From contig NC_043003.1 of NCBI RefSeq assembly GCF_006345805.1, positions 100,006,001 through 100,070,000 on the forward strand: a stretch of DNA of 64,000 nucleotides, read 5' to 3'. The translations under genes were made by a program, and so were the position numbers. The notes under the pieces are model-generated. The model was not told the DNA's origin. It saw nothing but the letters and a program-made list of their open reading frames with translations, and did no database searches. Numbering within the stretch: the first letter of the stretch is position 1; every line of letters starts with the position of its first letter. Positions 37,301 through 50,800 of this stretch are shown here, piece after piece. The stretch is from Octopus sinensis. Lineage: Eukaryota.

Positions 37301-40300
37301 TCAAGCCGTTTAATGCCGTATCTTGAGTTTCCACGTACGTGCATTAAGGCTTTTCCGGAATATGCCCCCCCCCCATATATATATATATAGCCGACAAGAG
37401 AAGCGTTAATACTCGTATGCAGAAACTCTGAGAAACGGCTTGAGGCAGTTCAATTTATACTTTTCAACATAAGGCATACTCCTATACTTCTTTCAGTTTT
37501 CTATATTCGGTCATTGACACCGAGCATCTAAATCTTCATATTCAGTTTAAATTAAATGTTAAAAATCAAACGAGGTTTTTTTTCTGTTTTACAAATTCTG
37601 TTTACGAAGACAAATTAGACAAATAAAACTTTTTTTCTCTTAATGCCTGGTTACTTTGGGTGATAACTCTGAGCATTTTTATTAGATTTCGAATTCTCAA
37701 TCTCTCTCTTCCTTCCTTCCTTCCTCATCGTCAGAATTAGGAGAGAGAGCAGCTGCAAGATGATGACAAGAATCGTCATTGTTGCCATCTTTCGTGTCAA
37801 TAGTTCTGCTGCTATACGCTCTGAACAGTTGGCTACTTTTTGCACCAGTGATCTTGCCTCCTTTTATGGCGCTGTCTGTTGCACTCTCAGTGCACATCGA
37901 CTTGATTCTTTCTCTTCTAAGTATTTATTTCAGTTCACCCCACCTCTCTCTCTCTCTCTCTGGTTTTCTTGCTAGATCTAAACTAACTGCCTTACTTCCT
38001 TTCTCATCTGTTTTGTCTGCAATCTCAGATATTTAGTTGGCGAATTTTTACTTTTTTTTTTTTAAGTAAAAAAAAGAAAGAAAATTGTTTGGTGTGACTA
38101 AAATGTTGATTGTTTTTAAGTTTTTCTCTATAATAACTGGTGCATTCCTACATAAAAATATAAAAGCAATTTTTTTCAATTTCACTTTTTATTACTAGCA
38201 AGTGATTGCTTTATTTTGTATTCATTAAAAGTAATAATTACTTAACATTACGCCGGTGTATTTAGATGTTTAAATGTCAAGGGATTTTTTTTTGTTTTTT
38301 TGGTAGATAGTAAATTAAATATTTTTGTATAATAAACCATCTTTTAAATTAATATGTATATTATTTGTATGCTTAAAACACGGCGGTTTAAATTAAAAGA
38401 ATTTTATTTAGCAGGTAATTTTAAGCTCTTTAATGACTTGATTTCATTAGTGGAAACATTCAATTGCTGTGTGAAAATGTTTCATGCGAAAGTTGATCTT
38501 TTTCAGCTATCCAGTAGGAAATACTAGACTTGGTCTATGGACGTGGTATGTGATTTCACTCTGGGATTTCTCCCATTTTGATTTACCTCCTTTTCCAATT
38601 GTATAATTCTCAGTTTCAGTACATGCTACAGACTAAGACTTTGGCTTTTCATACCTAATAAAAATCATTTGCACCAAGGATAAATTAAATGCTGGTTTTT
38701 AAGTGATATCTAGAAATATATCTTCTCTCTAATCAATTTTGAGTTTTTCCAATTTAAATTCCAGTTAAGTTTCAACTTGGATAATTTAAACTAAGATTAC
38801 AATTCCTCTTTCAGATTTCAAAAACTGTACTTAAGTGATTTTTCTTTTTCACCCCTGTCTCTCTTCAGAGGACTTAAGAGAATATTTCTCTAAATTTGGG
38901 GAAGTAGAACATTGTAATCTAAAAACAGACCCTGTTACAAAGAGATCCAGAGGTTTTGGCTTCGTCCTTTTCAAAGAAGAACAGACAGTAGATAAGGTAA
39001 GAATAATTTGGTAAAATGTTTCCATTTTATCTTCAAAAGGAGTGACAGCTGTGTGATATTTGCTATTAAGGTGATGGGTGAGGAGGGGGGAGTAGCAAAC
39101 TATATGCCCACCCTGCAATATTCTAGCTGCAGCCATCTGTTGTAAGTTCGTTTGGACCAAGATAGATAAAACTCTACCAACTGTGTACTTGTTTTGACTG
39201 GAGGAAACCAGAGCCTGTTCCTTAGATTTTATGACCTTGTCAGAATTAAATGATAGACAGAATGCCTTGTATTTTGTTAGTGGTTCAATAAAATTATTGT
39301 CATCCAAATACTGATTGGTTTTAATATCTGCTTTCAAGGCTGGCATAAGTTAAACAGGTCGTCAGTTGGCCTTCTTGTTGCCAAATTTTACAGCATTTTA
39401 TCTAGCACCAGTACCACCCTCCTCTTAAATTTATGGCCTTGTGCCTTGGTCATCTCTACCCCTTATCCACTATTCACTAAGTCTTCCCCCTCAACACTTG
39501 TTTTTTATTTTATTCTCTCTCCTCACTCTCTTACACATCTCACTCTCTTACACACTCTTGCAATCTCTACCCACTCACACTTGGTTCTTCTGTACTACAT
39601 CCTGCACATACTTCTGCTCATCTTATATCTTGAGTGTTCACCTAGACACCTCTTTACCACAAATGTATATAGCCATACTGCTAGAAATCTTTTCTTCTCT
39701 GCCATCATCTATTATAAAGTCACCTATCTTAGGATTTTTAGCTTTGCAAGCTTCATAGTGACCTCACTAGAGTTGGTGGGATGGAAAAGGCACCAGTACA
39801 CACTAAAATGGTTGCCATTGGGAAGAGCATTCAACTGTAGAAACCATGCCAAAGTAGACAGTGGAATGCAGTGCAGTCCTTGGGCCTGTCCGACCCTGTC
39901 AAACCCATGCAGGCTTTGAACATGGATTTTAGATGATGATGTACCCGTGTTAGAAATCCTTGTGAGATGGCTGTGTGAAAGAATGTAACAAACACATTTA
40001 ATAAAAGGGCTCTAACCACATTGGAGTATTGAAATAGATTTTTAAACCTCAAAGAGCTAAAGCAGAAATAGAAAATGTATTGGATAACAGTAAAAATAAA
40101 GTGTCACTTTCTTTGTGATTAATAGCTTTTGGATTTTTTTTTCTATGATGGTGAGCTCATACGGCTTACTTTTGTCATTGTGCCCATTTTCTTTTCGCGT
40201 TTGATAGATTAGCATTAATACAGATGCTTATGTCTGCTATTAACAATTTAGCTGTTAACATAAGAACATGTTAGAGCAGTGGATTGGCAGACAAAATTGC

Positions 40301-43300
40301 TTTTGGTATTGTGACTGAAGCTAACTTTGACTTACATCTTCTGAGTTTGATAAACTGACAGTTAATTAAAACTGGCTTACATAATCATAGAAATCAATAT
40401 AAGGATATATTAACAGGTGACTGATATGTAAAATACATTGTTCAGTGAAAGCCTTTTACTGTATGTTCAAAACTTTCCAGTTTTGCTTTTACTTTGAACC
40501 ATCTGTAGTCTACAGTCTAGTACCAGTAATATACTGCACATTAGTTGCTGATAGCTGTGAATACTGAAATGATTTCTGTATTCATGTAAATACAAACTTC
40601 CCAGATTTTAAAAACTTAAATTAAGCTTATGCATTATACATGAAAAAAGTTATCTATTTCCCCATTATTCTCTATGGGAGTGGCAATATTTAGATTGGTG
40701 ATAGCTGATGTGCAATAGAGTTTAAATTATGTATAGTAATGTTCCATTTTCTATGATAGCATCATCAATTAATGCATGCCTTCCAAACTAGCTTGGGTTG
40801 AACAGTTTTCAACAGGATCCAATGAGCCAGGAGATTGTGTCAAGCTGTCTGCTTTGACACAATTTCTACAGCTGGATGCCCTTCTTAATGTCATCCATCT
40901 TAACAGTGTGTATTGGATACTACATAAAGTGCTGATAGCTTAAGCTAGATGGAATTTGTGGGAGAGGGAGACTCAGGAAGATGTGGGACAAAGTAATAAA
41001 AACTGACCTCAGGAGATGACAAAGGACCAAGGTGATTGGCAAGTTACTGTGCTCTAGAAAACTCGTTCATCTCAGCAAAAAATGAAGTCCTAAAAGCATA
41101 TGTCTATGCCTCTGCATCCAATCTGTCCCTCTCAAGCCATCCCTACAACTTTTCTTCCTAATACTCATCCCTCCATCACTCTTCTAACCACAGCACTATT
41201 TGCTCAGCTGCTGTAATTATGGGAGCAGAACTCTCTCATTTGTACTTACTACTAGTTATCTTTCTCCATGGAAAAGGCTTCCCTTGTCAGTCAGCCCTCA
41301 TTGTTAGACTCTCCCCATACCACTTTATTTTCCTTTGACAAACCCTGAACACTTTCATATCTGCCTTAGATGTATTTCCCCACCTCCTTTCTCATTATAT
41401 TCACTACTATGTACTTTTGACCTCTGTCACTGTACATCCCCTCCTCTCTCCTCATTCACTTCACATCTCACCCCACTTATGTTCTGCCACCTCTGCTCCT
41501 CTCCACCCTTTATGCATTCATCCCTATCCCTCATCTCTAACCATCTGTCAGTCTCCTTTCACACTGTTGCAAACTTGCCTGCTCACTCTTCCTGATCTCA
41601 CCCTATACTTTTATATATGCTTTCTTGTGCCTGACACTCCATCACTGCTGGCTGTTTCTCTGTTTCAAACTGCAGTAGCCTTGTATCTTTTTAACACCAA
41701 GAGACCTTGTCCCTCTATCATACTTTAGTCCCTCAACACCTGACATAAAGCTACTTTGCAATATTACATCCACACTCAGTTGAGTTATTGGGTAAGCTCA
41801 CTTGTGCTGGTGCTACAAAAATAAAAAAAAGCACTCAGTACTGTAAAGTGATTGGCATTAGGAAGGGTATCTAGCTGTAGTAACCATGCTAAAATAGGCA
41901 TTGGAACTCAATGTAGTTCTCTGGCTCATTGGATCTTGTCAAACTGTCCAATCCATGCCAGCATGGAGAAAGGACATTAAATGTTGATGATGATCATCCA
42001 ATCCATGCCAGCATGGAGAAAGGACATTAAATGTTGATGATGATCATGTCAAGTGATAAATACTTCGGTCCTTGGTGACAACATGACCACCTGTGCTTCC
42101 TTGTGCAAACAATAGCAAAATTTTGTCGTGATCAAAATCAAATTGATTTCCAGTGTTCAATTTATAGCTTGTGTACTTTTATGACCTATGCCAGTGAAGT
42201 TTGAAGGTCACTTTCGTAATTGATTTGTATTTCGTTTAGGATTTGTGTACTTCTGTGTTTTATATAGCAATTACACTAAATCTGACTAGACTTCTTTTTC
42301 TATATATCATAATAAAGAAACATCAGTGTATATCCTACATGAGATTTTTTCTGAGATTTTAATATCCTTTTAGTGAACAGAAAAAAATTTTATGATTACT
42401 TGTAATTTATCAAATAATATGAAATTACTGTAGGAAGTTCTTTATGGCTATAGTGATGTTGGTAGGAATAAGGTTATGTTTGATGAAACTGTTACAGTCA
42501 TCCATTAGCTGCTATGTTCTGAAATTCATGAAGTGTTTGTTCCTCTTGACATTTGAAGTGAATGCCTTGCTACCTTATATAATGATAAACTAACATCAAT
42601 TTTCAGGCTTTGGTGGAAAAAGAGCACAAACTTCACGGTAGAAACATTGATCCCAAGCGAGCAAATCCACGAGAACCGATTAGGAAAGTCTTCGTTAGAA
42701 ACCTCGACCAGAACTTGACAGAAAATGAAATTCGTGAATATTTTGGTAAATTTGGAAAGGTTTGTTTGTCAGTTTCACTTGATTAATTTATTATTTTGAA
42801 AATGGTTTGTACTGTAAGATTTGAAGTAAAGAGTATTTGCATAAGTGTCTTGTAAGAGCAGTAACTTGTATTTTAGATATAAATAGGAAAAAATAAAACT
42901 ATAGATTAAATTTATATTTCTGTTAAGCTACATTGTCTGCTTCAGTTAATTTTGAAAATAATAAAAGATTTAAATTAATTTTAATTTTTTATTAGCTGGT
43001 CAATCTAGGTCTACAGTAGAAAGTGCTAGCAAAATGAAATTAACAATAGATTTTCTTGGTAGGTTTTAAGTAACCGTAAAACAGGAAGTTTGTATCATAG
43101 AATTTGGGGTGGTCTCAGGTAGGTTGGTATCAAATATATGGAATCTTGCCTAGTTCCTTTCAACAGTTGTTAGACTGAGCTATATTGAAATGGTAGTAGA
43201 TTTTAGTTTGTGTTTTTAACTGTGAGCTTCAAAACAGGTTTACAGCATTAATATATGTTTGGTGTTGATGGATTGATATACTTAAAATATTGAGAAAAAT

Positions 43301-44839
43301 TAACTGAAGAATTATTGATCTTGCAATTTTTTGAAATATTTATGGAGGAAGGTTTTTTTGTTTTATGATATGCAGTATTTTCAAAGATAGCTTTCATTTG
43401 TATCTTCATATATAATTACTTCATTGCTTGACAAATTAGAAAATTTAATAGAATTGTTAGTGATTTGCTCTTCAACCATTACAATTCAACTATGGTTGTA
43501 ATACTCTCTACAATCTCAGCATAAATATTCATTGAGCTTCATTTAGATCCTTCTCCTTTCTAGGTCAGGCAGATCATGTAGCTACCTTCTCAGATTAATA
43601 CACATTAGTTAGATTTTGATTTAACAGAATTGAATAGGGTGTGTGTAGATTAGAGCTAACATAGATTTCATATCACTTAATTTTTAGAATCTTTGTTTTT
43701 TCTTTCCAACAACTAAGACAGTTGAAGAAATTTTAGATTATTTTTTTCTATTTTCAGATAGTCAAACTGGAATTACCATATGATAAAATGAGAAATCAGC
43801 GACGTAATTATTGTTTCATAGAATTTGAATCTGAGGATGCAGTTGATAAAATCTGTGAAAATGCAGGTCATCAGATCGGTTCCAGAGAGGTAAGGACTCT
43901 AAATGTTCTGCTACTTTAAAACCCTTTTTTTAATTACTTTAACTTAAGCTCTAAAAAGTACTTTTATCCATTAATTAAACTTTATTTTATTCTAAAATAA
44001 AGTCTAGTTATTGTAATAAGTTGGGTACTTTCCAATTTTTCTTATTCCAGGTAATGCTGTAAACTCATCATTTTAACTTGTTAATCGTTGCATCCTAATT
44101 AATGGAACATTTAAGTGGTAACAGCAGAGTTCCATATACTACCAACTTTATTTGCATCCATCCTCTAGGAATGATTGAGGCTTACTTCTACTTCCCTGAC
44201 TAGAAGATAGATTTTCTTAAAATCCATTATATCTAAACAGTAAAGGGCTTCAAGGTTAATACTACGTAAGTTATCCCTAGCTGGTATAAGTGCCATATTG
44301 ATGTCTACTACGAAGGTTATAGCTGGTTTGTGCTGATTGCATTACCAATGATTACTCCTTTTGTTCCACTTCCAGCTGCGGGGGCGCTAGTTCATGTGAA
44401 TATACTGGACAAAGGAGACCCTGAATACTACTCTCGAGTTGTGGTGGTGGTCAGTACTTCGAGATACCGCAGCCACATGTGACTACACCTACTACTAGGC
44501 CTATGCAATGGTTAGAAGTTGTTAAACCAAATAATATTCTGCACTAACTGTTAATTGCCTTCTTATAGGTGACATTGTTTAAAAAATCTATCTTAGTAAA
44601 GTCTTAGTTAATGCTATAATAAATTTATTTACAGTTTCATTTAGAAATCGTAACGACAATCAAGCTTGTCAGTAAGAGGATATCAACTGTTAAATTGTAA
44701 GTCTCGCTGTAGTAAGTCTACTGACACAAGTTGGTAGTTTTGTTTTGACTTTTTTTTTTCTAAAGATGCTTTCCTCTTCCATTTCTCATTATTTTCATTA
44801 AAGTAGTTTCTCCCATCCCACATTTTATATATATATATA

Positions 44840-44890
<51 letters not shown>

Positions 44891-47800
44891 ATATATATTT
44901 ATATTCTCTTACTGCATTTTTCCCATTTCTACTCTAGTGAATAATAACATTATGGGTAAAGTACTAAGTCTTTGGGGCCCTACAAGCTGGCAGATGGTAG
45001 TCTGTGGCAGTCATTTTCATTGGTTTAATTCTTTTTCATTAAGCTATTTAAGGTTAAAGATCAATTTAAAAAAAGAAATGTCAATGACTGCCATTAGATT
45101 AAAATTCAATCACTTATTGATGATTTTGATTTGAACTGATGGTGGCATATTATCAATTTTGTAGGCCCAGGTGAAGAAAGCAACTCCAGTTGCAAACCAG
45201 AGAGGAAGAGGCCGAGGAGGTATGAACTATGGCTTTGGTGATCTAACAGAAGGCATGTGCTTTGGAGATGTTTTAATACTATTGTTAAATGAAAACTGCA
45301 AAAAGCAGCAGCTGTTGCAGTTGATTTGAAAAATGTTTTAGTATGGTGTTAGAACAATGTTTATTAATTAAGGTCAAATTGACTTGTTGAAAATGTAGTT
45401 TTAGTTTTAATGATAACAATAAATTTGGCTTTGCCATCATGTGTATTCTTTATAACAAATAGTATGTATATTGACTGGTTCTTAATATTTTTTTCTGACG
45501 TGTCATGTAATTGCAAAAATGTGTTGATTATAGGTTTCCAGTGGACCAACATTCAGTGTTTAACTCATCAAATGACTTTTTTTTTTGTGCTAAAAGCATT
45601 TGCTATAGGTTGTATATCATGTCTGTCTTAACGTCATTAGGTTAGTAACATAAAACCTATTGATGATGTTTATAATGTATATGTACATTGTTTCATCATA
45701 GCACTACCAAACTCTCTGGTTGTAAAATGCTCTTGTGCCTCGTGTGTCATACTTTCATCTGTGATATCTATTATTGACTTGTTCGTAGACCTAGCACTAA
45801 TGACACACAAAGTGGAAATCCCATTGATTCTTCATCTCGTTTCCCACAACACAGTGTCTAATATATTGCCATACTTTGTGGGCAATTTGTTCTTTACTGT
45901 TAGATTTACAGGTGGCTATACAAAATCTGAAGAGTAATTGGGGACCAGTGGTTATTAAATTTTTCCTGACAGATGTAAATAATTGTATATGGCCAAATCT
46001 GATATATTTAACTATGGATAATGATTTCCTATGCTGACAACCAAAAAACTAACCAACTGAACATCTATTTCATTAAAAATGGAATAACCAACCTATATCT
46101 GCATTGTTTGTTGCCTGTGATTTAAAAATTACAACTGTGATGTTCCTCTTGTAGCTTAAGATTTGATAAATATTTATTCAGACTCTCCTATTGCATCCCT
46201 GTGAATAGAACATCGATGCTTTTATAGAAATATAATAATATATTGTCACTTTGATTATTTCTTTTCAATTGTAATGGCCTGGCTCTGCTGTTTACAAATG
46301 TTGCAGCTGATTCGATCAACTGAACAGTTTGCTCATGAAATTAACGTGCAAGTAGTGGAGCACGCCACAGATGTTTACTCTTAATGTTGTTACTGGGAGA
46401 TTCAGTGCGTCACAGTGTGTGATAAGGCTAGCCCATTGAATTACATGTACATCTCATTTTTACCAGCTGAATGAATTGGCACAACGTGTCTTGTTCAAGG
46501 ACTCAATGCACCTCTTGGAATCAAACTTAGAACCATACGATTGTGAGCCAAACACCCTATATAAGTATTAGAATAGTGTTCCTTGTAAACCTACAAAGTC
46601 ATTTGTAATTTCATTATCTCATTGTTATCTCACTTGAATGTTAACTTGTACCAGTTTCACTTTAATAATCCATTAGACTACCTGCTTTCTGTTTACTTTG
46701 TTGATGAATGATCTACAAAGTGTGACTTAAGGTACCTTTTCAAGTTAAATACTAAGCCTAGCTATATTCTCAATATCTGGTATCTTTATTTTCACAATTA
46801 GGTGGGCTCTGAGTTGACTGTCCAGTTCAGAAACAAAATGAAATATTTGTAGCAGAGTAGTTGAACTGATACAATAGCTAACTCCTTATGAAACTGACAT
46901 AAGTACACACACACACACACACACATGACTGAATTCTGCAGTTTCCATCTACTAGATTCTAATTCAAGATATTTGGTCAATCCAGGTCTACAGTAGAAAG
47001 TGCTAGCAAGATGAAATTAATTGCAGGCTGGTGTTACAATGTCTGGCTGTTTTGTTTAGCAATTACCTAAAGTTAAGTTGACATTAAAGTAACAGTTCAA
47101 TTTAAAATCCACTACAACAGTGATGTTAACGTAGCAGTTTGACTTTAGTCACCTTATTCTGTACTTCATATATGATTGGTGTTGTTAGTCAATGTTATGG
47201 TTTGTCTGTTTCGTAGGTGGCTGGAACCAAGGTGGTTGGAACCAGGGCTACAATCAGGGCTACAACAACTATTACAACCAAGGCTACTGTGGTTATGGTG
47301 GTTATGGCGGCTATGGTGGTTATGACTACAGTTACAATTATAACCAGGGTGCTTATGGTGGATGGGGAGACTATGGGCAAAACTATGGATATGGATATGG
47401 TAAGTAAACATTTATTATTTCATAAAGTTGTACTGGATTTGTAGTTAGAAGTATATATGATAAAATTTTGAATTGGAGAAAAAACCTACGGAAATTGACT
47501 TGTAACTGAAAAATGACATTAACTAGCAGTTGCACTGCTCTCTGGGTGATTTTCTGCTACTTTGTTTCAGGATTGTTTGTACAAAACTTTGATGTGCATA
47601 TCTGCCACTACACACACACACGTTTTATTTTTGCATATATCAGACATTAATGATCAAAGTAGTTCTGAGATTTGAGTAAAAGATGGAAATTTATATAATA
47701 ATTGATTCCATTGGAACATTGTATGTTCAACAATGTGAATTAGAGGGTTTGTCAATTTTGTTAGTATGCAGATCAATATCGAAATCTTATAGAGCTTCTA

Positions 47801-50800
47801 TTTCAATAGCTGCTCTGAAACTATATATATTATGTATTGTATTGGTGCAAGTCATCTTTTATGGCTTTCAAAATCTCACCACTTAAATTTGTATAACACA
47901 GACAGTTCTGAAGTTCATTGAACAAATTTTGGATGGGTGTTGTCATATGACAAACTTTTCACTGCTGCTTAACTCTAGGGCTTTCCTGAGGTCTGATTTC
48001 TCTGCAACACAGAGAAACCAATGTGAGCACATTGGTATATGAACATATCAAAGAATACTTGGTTTAGGAGAATGCAGTTTGTCCAGTTTTGCCTTCTCTT
48101 CAAAGCAACATTGATTTCAAATCAGCCATTTGTAAGCTTTGTAATGTTAGCAAACATTGTCTAAGAAATACCCTGTATTACATTGGTGCTTAACAGATAG
48201 GACAGTCTGTTCTTGAAAGTCATTGAAATTGGTTCCTAGTTTAAAAGTTTTCTGATTGTTTAGTCCCCTGGCATCCTGTTTATTTGAACTGCTGTTACTG
48301 TTTATATCTCACATCCATTTGTCTTCTTATCCTGTCAGTTTGATAAAGATTATCAACTGGTATCAGAATATTTGCTGCCTGTGAAAGCTGGCTCAGTGTA
48401 TTGTTGTGAAGTAGCTTATTCTCTTCATGAAATACCCTAGCCAGTCTGCTTTCTTTTAGTAAAAGTTACACACTCATTACTGATTAATAATCAGCTTTTT
48501 TTTTTTATAGTATAGATGACAAGAAAAAAAATTAACCAAATTGTAAGAAAACTAGAAATGTGTTTGGTGTTAAATGAACAAACTTATTTATATCAAACTA
48601 ATTTGTTTATGTAATTAACCTTAGTTCATTGTCCCATTTTCAATCACTCATTTGGAAGTTTACTTGTAGGTGCATTAGTTTACAAATGTGAGGATGTCAA
48701 GTATATGACCATTGTATTTGGGTGAGTGCTATAGTAAAGTGGGTCAAGTGAATCTGAGATGCCAGTTGTATTTAAGCTGTGTACTGTTGCCTTTAAGATA
48801 TTACATCACCAATATTTGCCTCACTTTCTGAAATCATTAGGACCCTCTATTGATGGGTTTTGGTGTTGAAAGATTTAGTACTCAGTTTCATTGCTTTTGC
48901 TGTTTTAATGTAATGAAGATTTTTTTTTCAGCTACATCATTGTAGTGTATCCTTATATGAAGATTAGTCAGAGAGAGAAAGTACCTAGACCATGTGACAA
49001 ATAACTTGTGTTGAGAAATATATTTAGAATGTCATCATGTTGGTTCTAATATTACTGGTGTTTAATTTAAGATGGTGGATTTAGATTTAACCTTTAAATC
49101 AAGACAGGAGATCGATATTGATAGTGTTCAAATATATTATAAACTTACTATTTTAAATCATCTACATTGTTAAGATCTGATAATCGTTTAGTTTAATCCT
49201 TTAGATACTAACCCACCTGATACTGTCTCTTGTTCTATAATACAAATTTCCTATTTGATTTTAATTAAACCTGCCATCAAAATTCCGTGTTGGTTTATTT
49301 TCCAAATACCAGCTTTATTAATGACAAGGTTATTTTAATAACTTCATTTCATTCAAAGTTTATTGAAACAAAGGCTGTAAATTTTAATCAAAATGTGGAA
49401 ACAAAAGGTTAAGTGTTCTGTTCTCTGTTAGTTTCACTGTATTTTGACAATAGTTAGTGAAAACAGAAGACTTTTTTAGATGTAAATATAAAAACTGTTT
49501 ACTCATAATAGTTTTGTAATGTATTCTCACTGCTGTATAGAGTTGTGCCTGTGTCTTGGCATCATATGATTGTTGTAAATGACATCACCATCATACAATT
49601 GCTGTTTGTTTCCAGTCTTCTGTGAAAAACCTGTTTGGCTGTTGGGCAATATAACCTCGCTTGGACAGGTGAGGTTTGGTAACAAGGACATCTCACTATA
49701 GCATTTGTCAGAATTTGTCTCAAAAATTCTGTCTGTTGCATGCAAGCATGGGAAGTGGACATTAATGGTATAATATTTTGGGCAGTTAACCTTTTGTTGC
49801 CATATTTCTGTTGGAATGCTTCGCCTTTGTTTCAGTTATTTTTGAAAATAATCTAGTAAAATAACTTAGTCATTATTAAACTGGTGTTTGGAACTTAAAT
49901 TGAATTTAGATGGAGGGTTTTAATTTAGATCACTTTTAAAATGTAATGTGTATCATAGAAATGGGCTGTTCTATGTGGATTGATGTCAAAAAGGTTACTA
50001 CAAGCTTTATCATCTTTTAACTTCAACTCCCAGATGTGTTTTGGCTATTCGACATCCTTCTGCTCTATTGTGGTTGTAGATTTCCCACATACCTCTCTGT
50101 TGTTAATCTTAATTTCTACATATACATTACATGATCTTTCAATAATTCCAGGATATGATTATGGTAGTTGGAGTGGCTATGGACAAGATCAGGGTAAGTA
50201 ATGTGACATTTTTTCCTTTTTAAATTATTTCCTTTATTTAATTTTTTTTCTCTTATATTTGAAACTTAAAACGTCCTTCTGCATGCTAACGTTTAATGAA
50301 ATGGTGAGCATTTGCACCAATCTTTCCCTCAGCATAATGTGATCTAGAAGATTTCTGTAACCCAAGCTTTATTTATTTTCTGAAACTGACTGGCTTTTTT
50401 AACATTTAAAAATTTTTTCTTTTTTTCTTTTCCTTTTTAAATTATCACTTCTTCAGCTTGAATACTAATGTTGCTGCATGTCTCTTTACTAGGGAACTTC
50501 CTAGCTGGCTGCTTTTCATACAGCCTAGTTGGGTTAGGGTGGGGATGATTTAAAAGGAAGTTTCACTTTTAACCAACCTAAGAAACTAGTGATTAGATAA
50601 TTTTATTTTGAGAAGTATAAATTTTTCTCTTTTGTTAAAGCAGTTAATTCAATGAAATACGACATTTTTTAAAAAATCTTTAAATATTTAAGTTGTAGAT
50701 ATTTCTAAAATGTTTTCTTCAAAAATATATTCTAGATATATGGCACATGCTTTCCATCTAGTTTTCCTTTTTGTAGATGTAGAGGCTTGGAACTATCCCT

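Noticed and set aside
37697-37897. Minus-strand 66-aa ORF with an acidic end ([12 protein letters not shown])
   Set aside because: The acidic/basic end is just the antisense of the plus-strand polypyrimidine tract. No recognisable homology.
44270-44482. 70-codon hydrophobic ORF in intron 5 as a separate protein or in-frame exon
   Set aside because: No strong phase-0 acceptor joins it to exon 5 and I recognise no homology. Kept only as part of the intron 5 finding.
47166-47444. Alternative-frame and antisense ORFs over exon 7
   Set aside because: Shadows of the repetitive Gly/Tyr/Asn codons of the real exon.
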